A DNA stretch of 64,000 bases, taken from contig NW_005434650.1 in the NCBI RefSeq assembly GCF_000315625.1, positions 276,005-340,004 on the forward strand. Direction: 5' to 3'. The notes below the pieces were generated by a model that saw nothing but the letters and a program-made list of their open reading frames with translations, did not search any database and was not told the DNA's origin. This DNA comes from Guillardia theta CCMP2712. Lineage: Eukaryota; Protista; Cryptophyta. Position 1 is the stretch's first letter. Every line of letters starts with the position of its first letter. This document shows positions 34,750 to 47,846 of this stretch, one piece after another. A program made the translations under genes and the position numbers.

Positions 34750-37700
34750 GAACTCATGTCGTACTATAACTATCCGATCTTTTAACTTCTCCGTATCTTC
34801 TCTGCCGTCGGTACTGAGTGCGGCGTCTCAATGTCCTCCGACTCAGTTGAAAAAATGCATCATCATATGGCATGCGGCAGTATCGGAGCCTCTCGGATGT
34901 TGAACTAGGCGAGTCAGTTGGGCTTGTTCCACTGAGTGATACAGTTGACGTGATCGACGTAGAAGACCCTTCCTTCCTCGTCGAACCTCTGCTCCCATCC
35001 CTCCGGCAGCGAGTCCTGTTGTTCAACCTCATTGATGCTCCTGCTCCTCCTCTTGCTCCTCCAACCTCCACGCTTCCTCTACCTTCTTAACCCCCCCCCC
35101 CCCCCCCCCCTCTTCCTCATCATCATCACAACCGATATGAACACTGCTCCCATGTTAGACCTATTCAATTCCACCCTGCTTCTAATCAGACACAGTGTTG
35201 CTTGTTCGCGTCATTCCCTACTCTCCTCTCATCTACCAATGTCTCCCTACATCTCTTTTCCTCTCCCTTCACTCGCTTTCGTCACCTGTCTCGGCTGCAC
35301 TTCAAGCTTACACTCGATGGAGCAAACAGCTTGCCCGCTCTGAATGATCTCGTACTGCCCGTACTACCAGGAGGGTCAGGAACCAGTCACGGCACAGCAA
35401 AGAGGATGGACGAGAAAGAGGGGGAGGGCAGACAGGAACCTTTCCGCAGCCGGGGACACTGCAGACGGGCTCGTGCGGAAGGGGATCCCGCTGCTGCAGC
35501 CGAGTTTTCTTGGGGGGAGGTGCACGGGAACCGGGGAGGAGACTCATCTGCACGAGTTGATGAGGGAAGGGAGGCCGGTGAGAGGCCGGAACCTGAGGAA
35601 GCGAAAGGTGCGGAACAGAGAGAAATCGATGCCACTGGGTGAAACGTCAAGGAATGGAAGAGAAGGGAGAGGGAGTAGAGGAGGGGGAATGGGGTAAGGC
35701 AAGGAGTATGGGGAGGGCAGAGGGAGTGAGAGGAGAGGAACTCTGTATGAAGACAAGGAGGCAAGACAAAGCAGGGAGAAAGACGAGGAAGATGGGAAAG
35801 GAATATACCGAGGAGTCGCTGTTTTCACGGTGCGCATGATTCTAATGTGCATCGTCAACAACAAGTTTGATTGAAGAAGATCAATCAGGACAACCTCAGG
35901 AAGGCTCGTGCTGCTCCCGGCCATCAACCTGTCCCTCTTCTCGTCTCCGTCGCTCATCGTTAGCTTCACATCCTCGTCGCCATTCTCATGAGGCTGGTTC
36001 TTGCGTACAGCAGGAGAGGAAACGAATTGAGGGGGCAGCGTCCGATCCCTTGGTTTCTCAACCTCCACCTTGACAGCTTCGTCGGGCCCAGCTAGCAAGA
36101 TCTGCGGAGCTCGATCGCCGTTAACAGAAGCCTGATGGAGGCCAACACCCTAGAGACAAGCTCAGCAGGAGCGAGTACGAGAGGGGAGGGAGGGAGGGAG
36201 GGAGGGAGGGAGGGAGGGAGGGAGGGAGGGAGGGGAGGGAGGGAGGGTCTTACGTTCGCTTCTCCTCCTTTGTTCCCATTCTCTTGAGGAGACTCGGTCA
36301 GTTTGTCGCCCATCAAGTTGTCGGCGCTGACATTGGCGTCCGATACTCCTTCGACTTTGATAATCTCGTTCAGAGCAGGGGCGACCGCGTCCTTCCTCTC
36401 CGTCTGCTCCTTCTCGCCCTCCGCCGTCTCGGGGCTCGGCGGGTGAACTTCGGGGATGTCTTCAATCCTGCCACAGCCTCAGTCGCTCCTCCTGGTCCTT
36501 TCAGCCTGCCAAACCTGCCGTGCAGCTTGCCCTCCTTAATAGCAGTTATCTTGTTCGTCTTGAAAGTTTCCCGTCACATTCAGGCACACCGGATGGTCCA
36601 GTCTAGCTCACCCTCTCAGTCACCATCTCCTCGTAAATCCGAACTTGCTCGACGGAGAGGCCGTGCCATTCATCCATCCAGCTGTTAACGTCGTCACCTC
36701 CCCCACGGGTAGAGCCCGACTCTCTCACCAGAACATGGACCTGTTTGCGTTCAGGAAGATTGACCGTTCGTACGAGTGCATGAACTCTTCGATCTGGGGC
36801 ACACAGAGTGAGAATGCACGGTCATCAAAAGTTGAAGGATCCCTGACCTTGTGCTGGAAGGGCCAGTAGTCGAACTCGCAGGTCACCAGCTTGTAAGCGC
36901 ACATGACAGGTTCACTCTAATCCGAGCCAAGGGGATCAGGGAGCATCGGCAAGATAGCAATCAGACCGACGACTGCCAGTTCCCGACGAGGGGCCCGCGG
37001 CCTGTTCGCACGGACTTGAAAGTTCCTGCAGGAACAAGCTCGTCAAGCATCTCTACCACCCTGAGATCGGTCGAGCTCACTTGGATCCGTGTTATCCTTG
37101 TCGTACATCTTCTTCTTCTTGTGGTGGTCGTCCTTCTCCGAGATGTCCACGTACACTATTTCTCTCTTTCGTCGCAGCAAGTCAACAAGCTCGTTGTTGA
37201 GGGCCAGTCTGCTCACCTGCTTCAACTTCTTGTCGTCCAACTTGTGGATGTTGAAGCTATCCCCCCTGGGTGAAGCGAATCACCGGAATGCGCTCACAAC
37301 TCCGTCAGGCTCACCTGTCTTGTGCATGAATCGTCTCAACCCGCATCAAGAACTTGTGGAATAGAGGGAGCCTGCGCAGTTGTCAGCTCCCGGTCATTCG
37401 CAAGACTTGAAGGAAAACCTCAACTCCGTCACGACGTGCGGATAGCAGTTGTGGGCAGTCTCAACAAGAGTCATTCCAGACTTTACAGGATGTAAGTTCA
37501 GCTGTGAAAGGAACCATGCTTGCTGTCAGGAATCACCTTGGGGGCAATCGCTCGAAGCCATCCCGGAAATCTTCTCTCAATGTGATAGTGTTTCTTAGTG
37601 TAGATTCCAGGACCTGAAATGCGGAGGAGGCGCCAAAGGTGAAGATGGAGAAGAGGGAGAGACAGGCAGAGATAAGTGGAGAAGGTGAGAGGGAGGGAGG

Positions 37701-38096
37701 AGGGTGTTGGGAAGAGAGAAGGAGTCAGGGCAGATCAATACACAGCGTTGAAGATCCTTCACCCATAGTCGGATGGACGCATTGTGTATTTTCCAAGATT
37801 TCCACTCCTGATCGCAGAGTCTCAGCAAAGAACAAGTCGCACATCCGCATGGTGTCATCACCAGCTCCGTTGGGTTGCTCAGCCTCCATAGACTGGCAGA
37901 AGTTGCGCAGGGAAATCAGAATCCCTCCTCCCCCACCCCTCCGAACCTCACCTGAGTCTTGGCGGTCATGTAAATCTGTGCTATCTTGTACTCTTCGACG
38001 GTGACCTGATAGAGAGAGGACGAGTCAGTCGTTGCTTCGTCTCTGCATGTCACATCATACCGGCATGACGATCCTGTACTCCTTGAGAATCACCAT
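34750..38096 (-). CDS. Phosphatidylinositol transfer protein (PITP/RdgB family) with long disordered C-terminal extension (3' end approximate)
   Basis: MVILKEYRIVMP|VTVEEYKIAQIYMTAK, GVEILEN, IYTKKHYH..PGWLRAIAPK, ETAHNCYP, REIVYVDI, FKSVRTGRGPL, MCAYKL, LDEWHGLS. Confidence 0.9.
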
Positions 38097-38742
38097 ACTG
38101 TGAAGCTACCAGCGATCGACCAAGAACCCCGGCAACGGTGGTGCGTGAAACCAGCACCGCAGAGCTCTCAGGGGAGCATCCTCGTGTGAAATCGAGTTCT
38201 TGATTTGACGAAAGCATGGAAAAACCGCAGGTCAATCCCAGCAAGAAGGTATTACAATGCAAATGATTCATCGCAACGAAAGGGAATCTTCGAATCGTCC
38301 ACGGTATCTTCTCATTTCCGTCTGTTCATTCTATACCCTCCTTCACAAGATGATTCCTCCTGACGGTGTTGCCCACCATATTCTCCCCTTCCCTTCCCAG
38401 GTGTATCCTTTGCGAACATCGCTCCTCAAACACTCTGTCCTACCCTTCCCATACAATCCTCCGAAACATTTCCAGTCAATCTTCCTGTTCCGTCTCCCTG
38501 ATTCTTGCCTCCTCTCTCTCCTTCTCCTCCCTCCTCTCCTACTCGTCTCATCTCCATGCCGCCCTCTCCCTCCCTCCCTCCCTCCCTCCTCTCCCTCCCT
38601 CCCTCCCTCCCTCCTCCTCGTCCTTGTCTCCCCTCCATGAAGGGTTGCTGTGCAGGCATTTCGCCTTCCTATCACGCACGAACATTTGACTAAAACTAAA
38701 ACTGTTTTTGGGCCCTAGCAGAATATCCCTGCTTCTAGTGCC

Positions 38743-39230
38743 ATGGCGAGGCAAGGACATACAGGGCAAGAGAGAAGGAATGAGAGGGTCATGAATGATG
38801 TCAAATGCCAAGCTTGAACACTGTCCTGGAGGAGAACAGGTTGCAATGATGCAGAGGGGACAGATGACTAGGTGAACTTCTCAGGACGAAGGAGAGAGGT
38901 ATCCTCTACATCAAATGTTATAGCGGCGAATGCTTCGGGCGATATGGCGATTGCGAACAGATTTCTCGTAGTCACCGATGTACAGCGATCCTTCGACCGA
39001 GTTGAATGGCCTTTGCACGAGACAGGTGCTACGACATTTGAAACAAAGTTCAAAGGATGCATCAGGAGGTGGAAGGACAGTTGTAGGTAAAATATGCTGT
39101 GCAGTGAGAAATGCAAAGAAATAATGACAAGAGTAGCGCGAAATGACTTGAGACAAGCCGCCATCGTCACTCTCCGTTACCTCATGGTGATTCTTCCGAT
39201 CTGCAAAAGCAAGGGTACGAGTAAAGTTGT
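38743..39230 (+). CDS. Possible small multi-exon hypothetical gene
   Basis: GCCATGG then regularly spaced donor/acceptor pairs; frame ambiguous. Confidence 0.25.
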
Positions 39231-39260
39231 GGTGTATAAGATTCTTGAAGATAGTAGGCC

Positions 39261-40264
39261 CTACGTAGAATCTTTTCCTTTGAACTTGGGCTTTCCAAGA
39301 GTAATCGGAATGTAGTTGTGCTTGATCATGTGCCTACAAGAAATGGTTAAAATAAATGATGTAACTTACCTTGATGTTCACTTACTGAATCTGTCGGCGC
39401 ATCGTCATGATAAACAGGGCGAAGAAATAGCAAACGAGAATCGGCCTGTCATGAACAGAATCAACAAGGAAAGGTGTGCACCAGAGCTGTCAAAGCTGTC
39501 TCACCAAAAAACAGGAATGTTGAACACAGAGAAAAAGGTCATGAAGAACGCAATCACAATCCCGCGCGTCACCCCATACCAAAACCTTGTTCACGCCAGT
39601 TAGAATGAGGGGTTTGTCCATAAGCATGTGCTCTCTCACTTGAACTCAGGCAGCTTCCTAACAAAAGGTTTGAATTCATCAGCTTCGTTGGTGGGTAGGA
39701 CAGACTGTGGGTCAAACAGTCAGATGTTGTCACTAGAATTAAGACAGACTCACTCCATCTGCAGATGGATCAGACGCCGGCGATAAAAAGCCGATGCCAA
39801 GATTCAGGATGTAGATTCCTTTCCAAACCTCATTAGAAAAACTTCATATTCGACAAGTGAGAAAGTAAGCACCTAATCCGTAAGTGACAATATACCATCC
39901 ATTTATAAGAAATATTCTGATGCAGTAAATGATAAATAGGACCTGCAAACCAGACTTCAAGAAAGGTTCCAACCATGTTTCCCACTCACCGCTGTCCCTA
40001 TCCATCTTGCACCAGTATGAGGGGCAGTGGAATCCTTGAGCGTGGTAAAACCTTCAAGACACATTCTCAACGACATCGAATTGGGTGCTAGCCTGAGAAA
40101 TTAGCTCGTTACTCACGCATGTACAGCTGGTGCATCTGCTTCTGGAGTGGCGAGCTCTCCTCGAGGCCTCCATCATCACTGAAGTCATGAGGCTGGTGGA
40201 CATGTCAGATCGTCATGCTCCACATCACTAGGGTTCATACTCCTCCTGTGGCAGGGAACGACAT
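39261..40264 (-). CDS. RER1: Rer1 ER-retrieval receptor (about 9 exons; missed by ORF track)
   Basis: DSTAPHTGARWIGT, GWYIVTYGL|GIYILNLGIGFLSP, LPTNEADEFKPFVRKLPEFK|FWY, FNIPVFW|PILVCYF, TMRRQIQ|HMIKHNYIP..GKPKF. Confidence 0.95.
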
Positions 40265-40369
40265 CTTGTACCAATCAAAGGACTAATCCTTCACGAGGAG
40301 CTCCGATCTTACTATTGAGGAAAGAACACGAACCCAAGACTGAAAGGATCAAATCAATAACAGTCTAAA

Positions 40370-40928
40370 GATCACCTGACAAGGGACCTGTAACACTGCT
40401 TGCAGGCTTATTGTTCTTGATGCATATGCCCTTGACAACCTGCTCGACCTCTGAGTACCCAGTTTCATAAGTTCATCTTTCCAAAATAGCAGACATGTTG
40501 TGAAACCGAAGAAATCGGTAGATCAAATTTCTTCTTGTGGCTTCAAAATATTCACGCATCGAGAACGAACGATGATGATTGGGATCACATAAGCACTCTT
40601 CAAACTTGTCTGTATCAGAAGTTGGAGTGGTTACTCTAAATACAACTATAATCTTTAGGTTGCTTAATTTCCTTGTCTCTTGTCTTGACCAATGCACATC
40701 CAGCTGTAAAATCCAAGAAGAAAAACCATCACGCTATAGCATATCATGCAATTTCACCCCACTTACAAGTTCTACATTATTTGCAGATCCTGTTCCATCA
40801 CCTACTTCTTCATGAACTCGCATCATCTCTATCTATAGAGTTGATCTTCAGAAACAGAAACGTACATCCTCTGCCATCTTTCTCTGCGGCTCCTTCCAAC
40901 CGCTTAACTCCTTGCTCACATTTCTCAT
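40370..40928 (-). CDS. Possible small multi-exon membrane protein
   Basis: Exon-like pieces VMVFLLGFYSWMCIG, SAYVIPIIIV, IYRFLRFHN flanked by GT/AG. Confidence 0.3.
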
Positions 40929-40949
40929 AGAGCCTCTCCCGCCCGCCGA

Positions 40950-41450
40950 CGTGTAAGGACCCACCCCCACCCCCATCTCTACTTCATAGAATCTGCCATA
41001 ACCCGGCTCTCACCACATTTTTCAGGGAAAGATAAGGGGTACCTTGACCCACAATGTGTAGCACGACCCCCTTCCTCTACACCTCAATCGTTGAGTACCC
41101 CACCCCAATTCCAACTTTACTACCCCCCTTTTATCCTGGCCGTCTATTGTTTTATTACCCCATCAACTCAATAGCACAGACCTAGTAAAGGGGGGTAGGG
41201 TACTGTTTATCAACCTGGTTGAGCTGGGCTGGAAGGGGTGGGTGAAACCCAACCCGCCTCGGACCAGAAGGAGATTCCGGACTCCGGATTCCCCGGGCCC
41301 GGTGACTAAAAATACACCGGTACTTCCGTCATGTATAGGAAGGGTGGGTGGGGTAGTGTATTCACCGGTTCTAGAACTGAGATTTTAGAGGGTAGGTAAT
41401 GAAAACATGACCGGTCTGTTACTAGGGGAGGTGATGGGTAGGGTGTTGAT
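40950..41450. promoter_or_regulatory. ACCC/GGGT motif cluster in a putative divergent promoter
   Basis: ACCC-rich left half and GGGT-rich right half upstream of the ATG at 41481; similar clusters precede other genes. Confidence 0.5.
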
Positions 41451-41480
41451 TTGTCGAAGAGACAGGCGCGCTCAAGAGCC

Positions 41481-43107
41481 ATGGCGTGGCGCAGTTATGG
41501 GACTGCGGAGGAGGGAGGAGGGAGAATTACAGGAGGAAGGAAGACAGCAGCTGTCGTTGCTGCTCTCTCCTTCACTGCTGTTGCAGCGGTCCTCTGTGTC
41601 ATTGCTCTCACTCAAAGCCAAGACAAGAAGTCTGAACTTGTGGTAAGGCAGAAAATGGCTGTGTTTTCTGTGTAAAGATGGAGTACATGGCTTGTGGGAC
41701 ATCGTTGAACATTGCATACAGCGCTATTTTTTCTTCTCATCTATAGAGTCTATATTCCTCCATTCGCTGACATCATAACAGGATGAGAAGCTTGTGCTCT
41801 TCAAGATGGAACCCCCTCCTGAGCCTTGGTCACCACCTGCTAACCTGTGGATGTTCTGGGGTCAGTCACCTAACAAGCGCTTTGGACACTCCGGTGACAA
41901 CATTCGTCACTTGGTGAAGCTCGGAAGGTCAGAACGACAAGCTTTTGAACTAAGAGTCGAGCTCACTTCTTGAAAGGCTTGCTGGTGGCGAGTACAGGGA
42001 TCCGCATTTCCTGTTCAACTTTGATTCTCAGACATTCCGTGAGTGCATTAAGCTGGTTGCTAGTGGTTACTGACTGCTGTTTGGACAATGCAGGTGATCT
42101 CTCGGAGTCCTGCTGCACCACGATGCTCGTCGCTCCCATGAAGAATGACATGCCGATTTACAATGCTGAGTCCAACGTTGCCCAGAGACTGCGTATGCCC
42201 TGTGGAGTTGTCTTTTCTAGCTTATTATCACGCAGGCAACTATGTTGCCAACGGCAACCACATTGTCTTCACTGGTGGATCATTGGTATCGATTGAGTTT
42301 ATCAACAGGTTGATCGAGAAAGTTTGATCTGCGCCGCTTGTTTCTCACTCTTCTTCGCCTCAGATACTTCTATTACAACATTGAGCCGGAATCATCCTCT
42401 GGAACGTTCAAGGGATCGGGTGAGCGGCTGCACTGGTTGAGACAGGGATAATCTTATGTTGTTGTTCCACAAGGATACGGAAACTGGTCGCCAGGACCTT
42501 TCCGGAAGCTCATCACGACAGATCTTCCTTGGGTTTACAAGTTGACGCCGGACACTCTCTACCAGGACCACACTTCAGTTCAGTCCATGGCTCTCCGATC
42601 CCTCCCCTCGGGCACCTCCGTCATCTACATGACGCCCAAGTCCTCGCCCGTCTTCCTCATCAAGTTCTGCCAGAGGCTGAGTGAGAGGCATGGTGAACCC
42701 CCCATCAAGACTGTGCCCAAGGACTGCTGGAGGCACGCTGCCAGGGGGTACCCTTGCTCTTGCGGTATGCCAGCATGCTGGATCGCGTTCGGGGGCTGAT
42801 CGTGGTGTGCAGGTACCATCTCTTACATCGGTTACGACTGGCATTACGACCAGGATGCTGCCGACTGGGACAAGGTGTGTGAGCTCGGACGAACTTGTTG
42901 ATTTCGACTGACATCAAGGGTGTGAAGGTCATGTTGGCAGCTGTTGAGTATCAGTCAGACCCCGATGAGTCCACCACCTTCTCCCCTAACTGCAAGCAAC
43001 CACCAAGGGTGAGGACCGCGCGAGGTCGCGGGTTGTGTCTGATTTGCTCTCAGGTCATTGAGGATCCTCATGCGCCTAAGAACCCTCCCATGTGCGGCAA
43101 GCTCTAA
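41481..43107 (+). CDS. Signal-anchored (type II) hypothetical protein, about 10 exons
   Basis: SYGT..RKTAAVVAALSFTAVAAVLCVIAL..; exons splice through CCTTMLVAPM, YVANGNHIVFTGG, CWRHAARGYPCSCG|TISYIGYDW to PPMCGKL*. Confidence 0.75.
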
Positions 43108-43863
43108 TATTCTTTCAACTGCACTGGGATGTTGGGTTCAGTTTTGTGTCTTCACTCAGTGCTACTGTCATGGGGTGGAGTCAAAAGCTTCTCCAAGGTA
43201 TATTAGGATGCAAGCAGTTAACGACCTGCCATCTGTACAAGCGTTTTTCTTCTCGAGTAAACTTCTGGTTGCCCAACGGAGGACATGGCAATGGATCGAT
43301 ACAGTAGTCGTCACACGTGAAGTGACTTGGCTCGCTTCTTGTGCTGCCTATGAAAGTTCTTCCTGCTGTTTGTCTCCCTTCTCCAACTACAACTAACATC
43401 ATGTTCATCTCTCCATCGGCTTGAAAGGCTCACACCTTGCACTCATCTTCTTCCACCCATCGCCGTTCCTACACGTCCCCTCGCTCCCTTTTCCTTTAAA
43501 AACACTCTACTGACTGTGCCAGCCTCATTCCCCTTCCCCAGCCCCCTTCCCCCTTGTCAATCCGTGCTCACTGCTCTCCTCCTCCCCTCCTCCTCCTCCC
43601 CTCCTCCCCTCCTCTCCTCCTCTCTTCCACCACCCCTCCTCGTCCTCTCCTCCTCCCATCCTCCCCTCCTCCCTCCTCCTCCTTCCCTCCTCCTTCCTCC
43701 TCCCCCCCTTCCCCCCCCCCCCGCCCCTTTTCTCCCCCTCCTCCTCCCCTTCCCCTCCGCTCCGCTGAGATACCTGGCAGCCCTGCAAGCCGCCTGCAGC
43801 TTTTCTGCCATCCCCTTCCTCCCGTGTCCCCTGATCTCCCAGCTATGCAGCCGGTGCGACGAC

Positions 43864-45066
43864 ATGAGTGAGACCATGGAGAAGCTGCTGGCTCGCAGAG
43901 AGCACGTGCCCAAAGTCTGCATCATCGACCTTGACAGAACGGTGAGGTTTGAAGAGGGGGAGGGAACAGCGAAAGAATGGAGGGAGGGAGGGAGGGAGCG
44001 ATAGAGCTGAATCATGCTCGGCAGCTATGGAACGTGTTTGCGGCGGAAGAGACCTTTCCACCATACCGTCGAGTGGGAGAATGCGAGGTAAAAGACAGCA
44101 AAGGGAGATCCGTCTCGCTGCATGCAGACACACCAGCGATCTTGACGAGCTTGAAGGAGAAGGTGAGGGCAGCATGCGCTGACTTGCTCTTCTCCCCGGT
44201 CATGGCCCATGCAGGGATGTCGAATCGCTATCGCGTCTTTGAGCCCCAACTTTGAGCTCTGCTGCATGCTCCTTTCTGCGTTCGGCATCCTGCGGCTGAT
44301 CGAGCGGAGCCTCATCCAGGTCGGTTGCCTCCACTTGGAGCGGCAAAGAGAGCTGAGACCCGCTGGCAGATCAAGAACGGGACGGGCAAGCTGGAGCACT
44401 TCCGATCGATCAAGAGCGCGAGCGGCTGCGCGTACCAGGAGATGATGTTCTTCGACGATCTGCCATCCAACGTGAAGGTGGGAGGTGATGACATGTTCGT
44501 CTCTCCTCACTGACTGGCACCAGCAAGCTCAGAAGTTGGGTATCACCTCCGTGCTGGTCGGACGAGAAGGGCTCTCCAGCTCTACTCTCTGCAAGGTGTG
44601 CATGGCAGCATGAGGAGTGAAGGTGAGACGATGGCAGGGCCTCTCCCTCTTCGCTGATTGCAAGCGGTCGACCAACGTGATGAGCTCGTGGCTCGTGAGG
44701 GCAGCGGCGAGCAAGGAAGGAGGGGGGGGCGAGGGGGAGAGGGTGAAGCGAGCGAACGAGGGAGCTTGCATGGAAGCGGGGAATGCAAACAAAAGGAGAA
44801 GCTCTGAGGAGAAACGAGGCGAGAAGAGCGAAAACGAGGAGGCGAAAAGAAATGAGGAGAGGAGAAACGAAGAGGGGAGAAGTGAAGAGAGAAGGGATGA
44901 GACAAGTGGACAGGAGACAAGCGACGCAAGCAGAACAAAAGCGGAGGAGGGAGGAGAAGGCAGGGTTACGGTTAGGAAGAGATACGAAGAGGACATGTCG
45001 CCCTATCCCCGAGAAGAGCAACACAGGCTTGGAGTTCCAAGTTTACGCGAGAAGAACGATGAATGA
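43864..45066 (+). CDS. MDP1: Magnesium-dependent phosphatase 1 (HAD) with charged C-terminal tail
   Basis: PKVCIIDLDRT|LW (DxDxT), IAIAS, GKLEHF, YQEMMFFDD..N, KLGITSVLV. Confidence 0.9.
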
Positions 45067-45089
45067 AAACATGAGAGAAAGCGGAGCCT

Positions 45090-46997
45090 TCAGCTTTTGG
45101 GAAGGAGCAAGTGAGCGTGTTGGTGCATCTTCTTGGCTGACTTTCTCCTCGTCACCGTCGCCTTCCTCTTGACTCCCGTTAGCTTCTGCGCCTTCTCCTG
45201 CTCCCACGGGTGAACCAGCAAGCGCTACCCTCCTTCTCCTTCACCTGCTTCGTGGGGATGAGACCCTCCTGCTTCAGCTGGTGCTCCTGCTCCTCCTGCG
45301 TGAGCTGGTTCCGCGGCTCGTTCTCCTCCCACAGCTTCTTGATGTCATCATCGACCTGACAGGCACCCTCACCTCCCGCCCACGAGGGTCAGAGCTCAGG
45401 GCCCACCTGGATCTCAAGGTGCTTGTGACGAGGAAACAAAAGAGTGTTGCGCGACTCTGCGTTCTGGATCGCGTAGATCTCATGGCTCTCCTTGAGCGAC
45501 TTGACATCTCCCTGCCCCGCCGTCACCGGCTCACCCTCCTCCTCATCATCATCACCTCAACCCCGTTGTAGGCATCGTTCTCTGACGGCTCCTTCATGCC
45601 GCAGGGAGTGTTGAGGATCACTTCCAACAGGTTTTGCCGATTCGACAGCTCCAGCATCGCCTTGTACGACCAGACGTACTCGCCCGACTCCGACAGCTCG
45701 CACTGCCACTTGCTCAGCAGAGAAACCAGAGCAAGGAAGGAGAGCAAGGAAGAGGGAGAGAAGAGCAGAAGGACGAGGGAGGGAGGGAGGGACATGCGGA
45801 GGAACGAGAGTACCGAGATAAATTTGTTGTTTCGAAGAGTGTCGAAAAGAGCTCGCCCTTCCGGGTCCACGATCTTGAAGCAGAGCGGATGAGACCAGCG
45901 ACCATGAGGGAGTCAGTTTACCGAGTGAAGATCGCCGACGCAGATTTCGTTTGAGATTTCCTGACTCGTACATTCCTGCAACACGATGAGTCCGTTTCGA
46001 CAAGATATCACAACTGAAGTGTTGACCTTGCGAACTCTGCTGAGAGTGCATTTTCCGTCCCTGAAAGACTCCTTGTCCTCGGCATCTCCCATCCTATCCT
46101 TCAATCACTTCGCCTCCAACTCCTGCTCCGATCACCTGAAGCGAGGTAGCGAGATGCCTAACTCCTTTGCCCGCTGCATGTCGACAAGGTCAGGGAGAGG
46201 GAGGGAGGGAGGGAGGGAGGGAGGGAGGGAGGGAGGGAGGGAGGGAGCTGGGCATGTCAGCGAACCTTCTCATCGTAGGTGTGAACGCATCGACACTCAG
46301 GGTCGAGCAGCGAGTGACCTCGTCGCAGGAACTCGATCACCTCGCGGAGGTACGACTCGTTGCTCCAGGCCTTCTGCTTGGTGTCAGGGATCCGATAGCT
46401 CTGCGAACGAGTGAGAGTGACGCTGCACCTCCTCCGCATCTCCCCCCGCACCTTATTGAATGCAGCCATCTGATTTCTGTAATCGTTTTCTGTTCGGTAG
46501 AGCTGAAGCTGTTGTGCGCTGTTAAAGTAGAATAGCAACTTGTATCGTTGTCAGGTACCTGCCCATTCAGCCAATCCACCAGTGCAATATCAAACTTCGT
46601 CTTCTCATTATGATCTCCAACTTTCCTTGTTAACGAGACCTGAAACAAACAAGTCAATGTCCTGCAATCAATGCTTTCCTCCATGAGATTTTACCTTCTT
46701 GTACCGCACAGGTTGACGCCCATCGTGGTAATTTGATTTGTTCATCGGAGCAGGAAATATCTTGTAATCAGTGATCTCAAAGAAAGAAAACAGAGCAGCA
46801 GGATCGCGAGTGTAAGGCCCAGGGAATTCAACTTTGGATCGCCTCGGCTCGATCGCTTTTCCCGACGCCCTGTCAAGAAACAACGCATCATTCAAGCAAC
46901 ACACCACAAAGAGAATCACGAACAATGCGTTCTTCTTCTGTCGTTCTATTTGCTTTTGCAAGAAGCTGCTCTGCTCAGCTTTCCAATGTGTGTCCAT
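45090..46997 (-). CDS. GTF2E2: General transcription factor IIE beta subunit, extended form
   Basis: YLREVIEFL..TSQEISNEIC..LFDTLRNNK..SYKA..NLLEVI..P.G..NDAY..DVKSLK..LLFP..Q|VDDDIKKLW..LKQEGLIP..basic tail ending HAHL; follows plant/animal TFIIE-beta as recalled. Confidence 0.75.
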
Positions 46998-47846
46998 CGT
47001 TGGTCAGGCACTCTGGAGCCCTGCAAGCACAGGTTCTCAGGTCGTGTCAAATCCTCCTGGTCGCTGTGCTCAAAGAAAGGCAACGATATTGGTTCCTCTC
47101 TTCATTGAACGATTGTTTTTCCTCGTAATGTCTCAAATCCATTGTCGATCTTATTGTTAGCATCTTCAAGCATAAGATCCTTTGCTGTGATCACTTACTA
47201 GACGTTTCGTTTCCTTGCATTCGTTTGCACACCTATCCAACAGATGATCCTGTCAGACATTCTCTTGCATCCTGCTATGTCGTGCTGCAGTTGTTCTCTC
47301 GTTCAGGCCCTCTAAAGAATTCCTCTCTAAACCTTACTCCCTCGCTCTCCACTACTCCCCTTCCCTTCAAAGGATCAGCCATTTCACCATTCACGCTCTC
47401 TGTCGTATGGGCTGTGAGGGGATGAGGGTAACTCCGGGCCGGCTGCAGCGCCGGGGCCCTGCGGCCCCAGCTGCGGCCCCGGCCCGGAGCATGTGGGGAT
47501 GAGGGGATCCTTGATTTCTTTTTTTTGTGCCGGAAATAGATCGCTTGGTCACTAAGAGGCTCGACGAAACTCCTCCCCCTCATCCCGTGCGGTAGGCCAT
47601 GCTCGGCTTTCTGCGACCTCGCTGCTCCTAATGCTGTCCTCCCCGTCTGTTGCCCTGCATCGTCCTCAACCTGCATCCTCAGCGATGGCTGATTGGAACC
47701 ATACTGCCATCAAGACATACCCCTTCATGCTCTACTTGCCTTCCGATGTTCGTGACTAGTGTTTCCTTGTTTGTTTTCCCTCCCTGCCTGCTCATCCACT
47801 TTAAACTTGTGACTCAGTGAGGTCAGCAGCTAATTCTTTCGCAGAA

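Noticed and set aside
46090-46107. Stop followed 12 nt later by ATG, suggesting a bicistronic pair
   Set aside because: A GT-AG intron near 46136-46094 removes the stop and keeps the frame.
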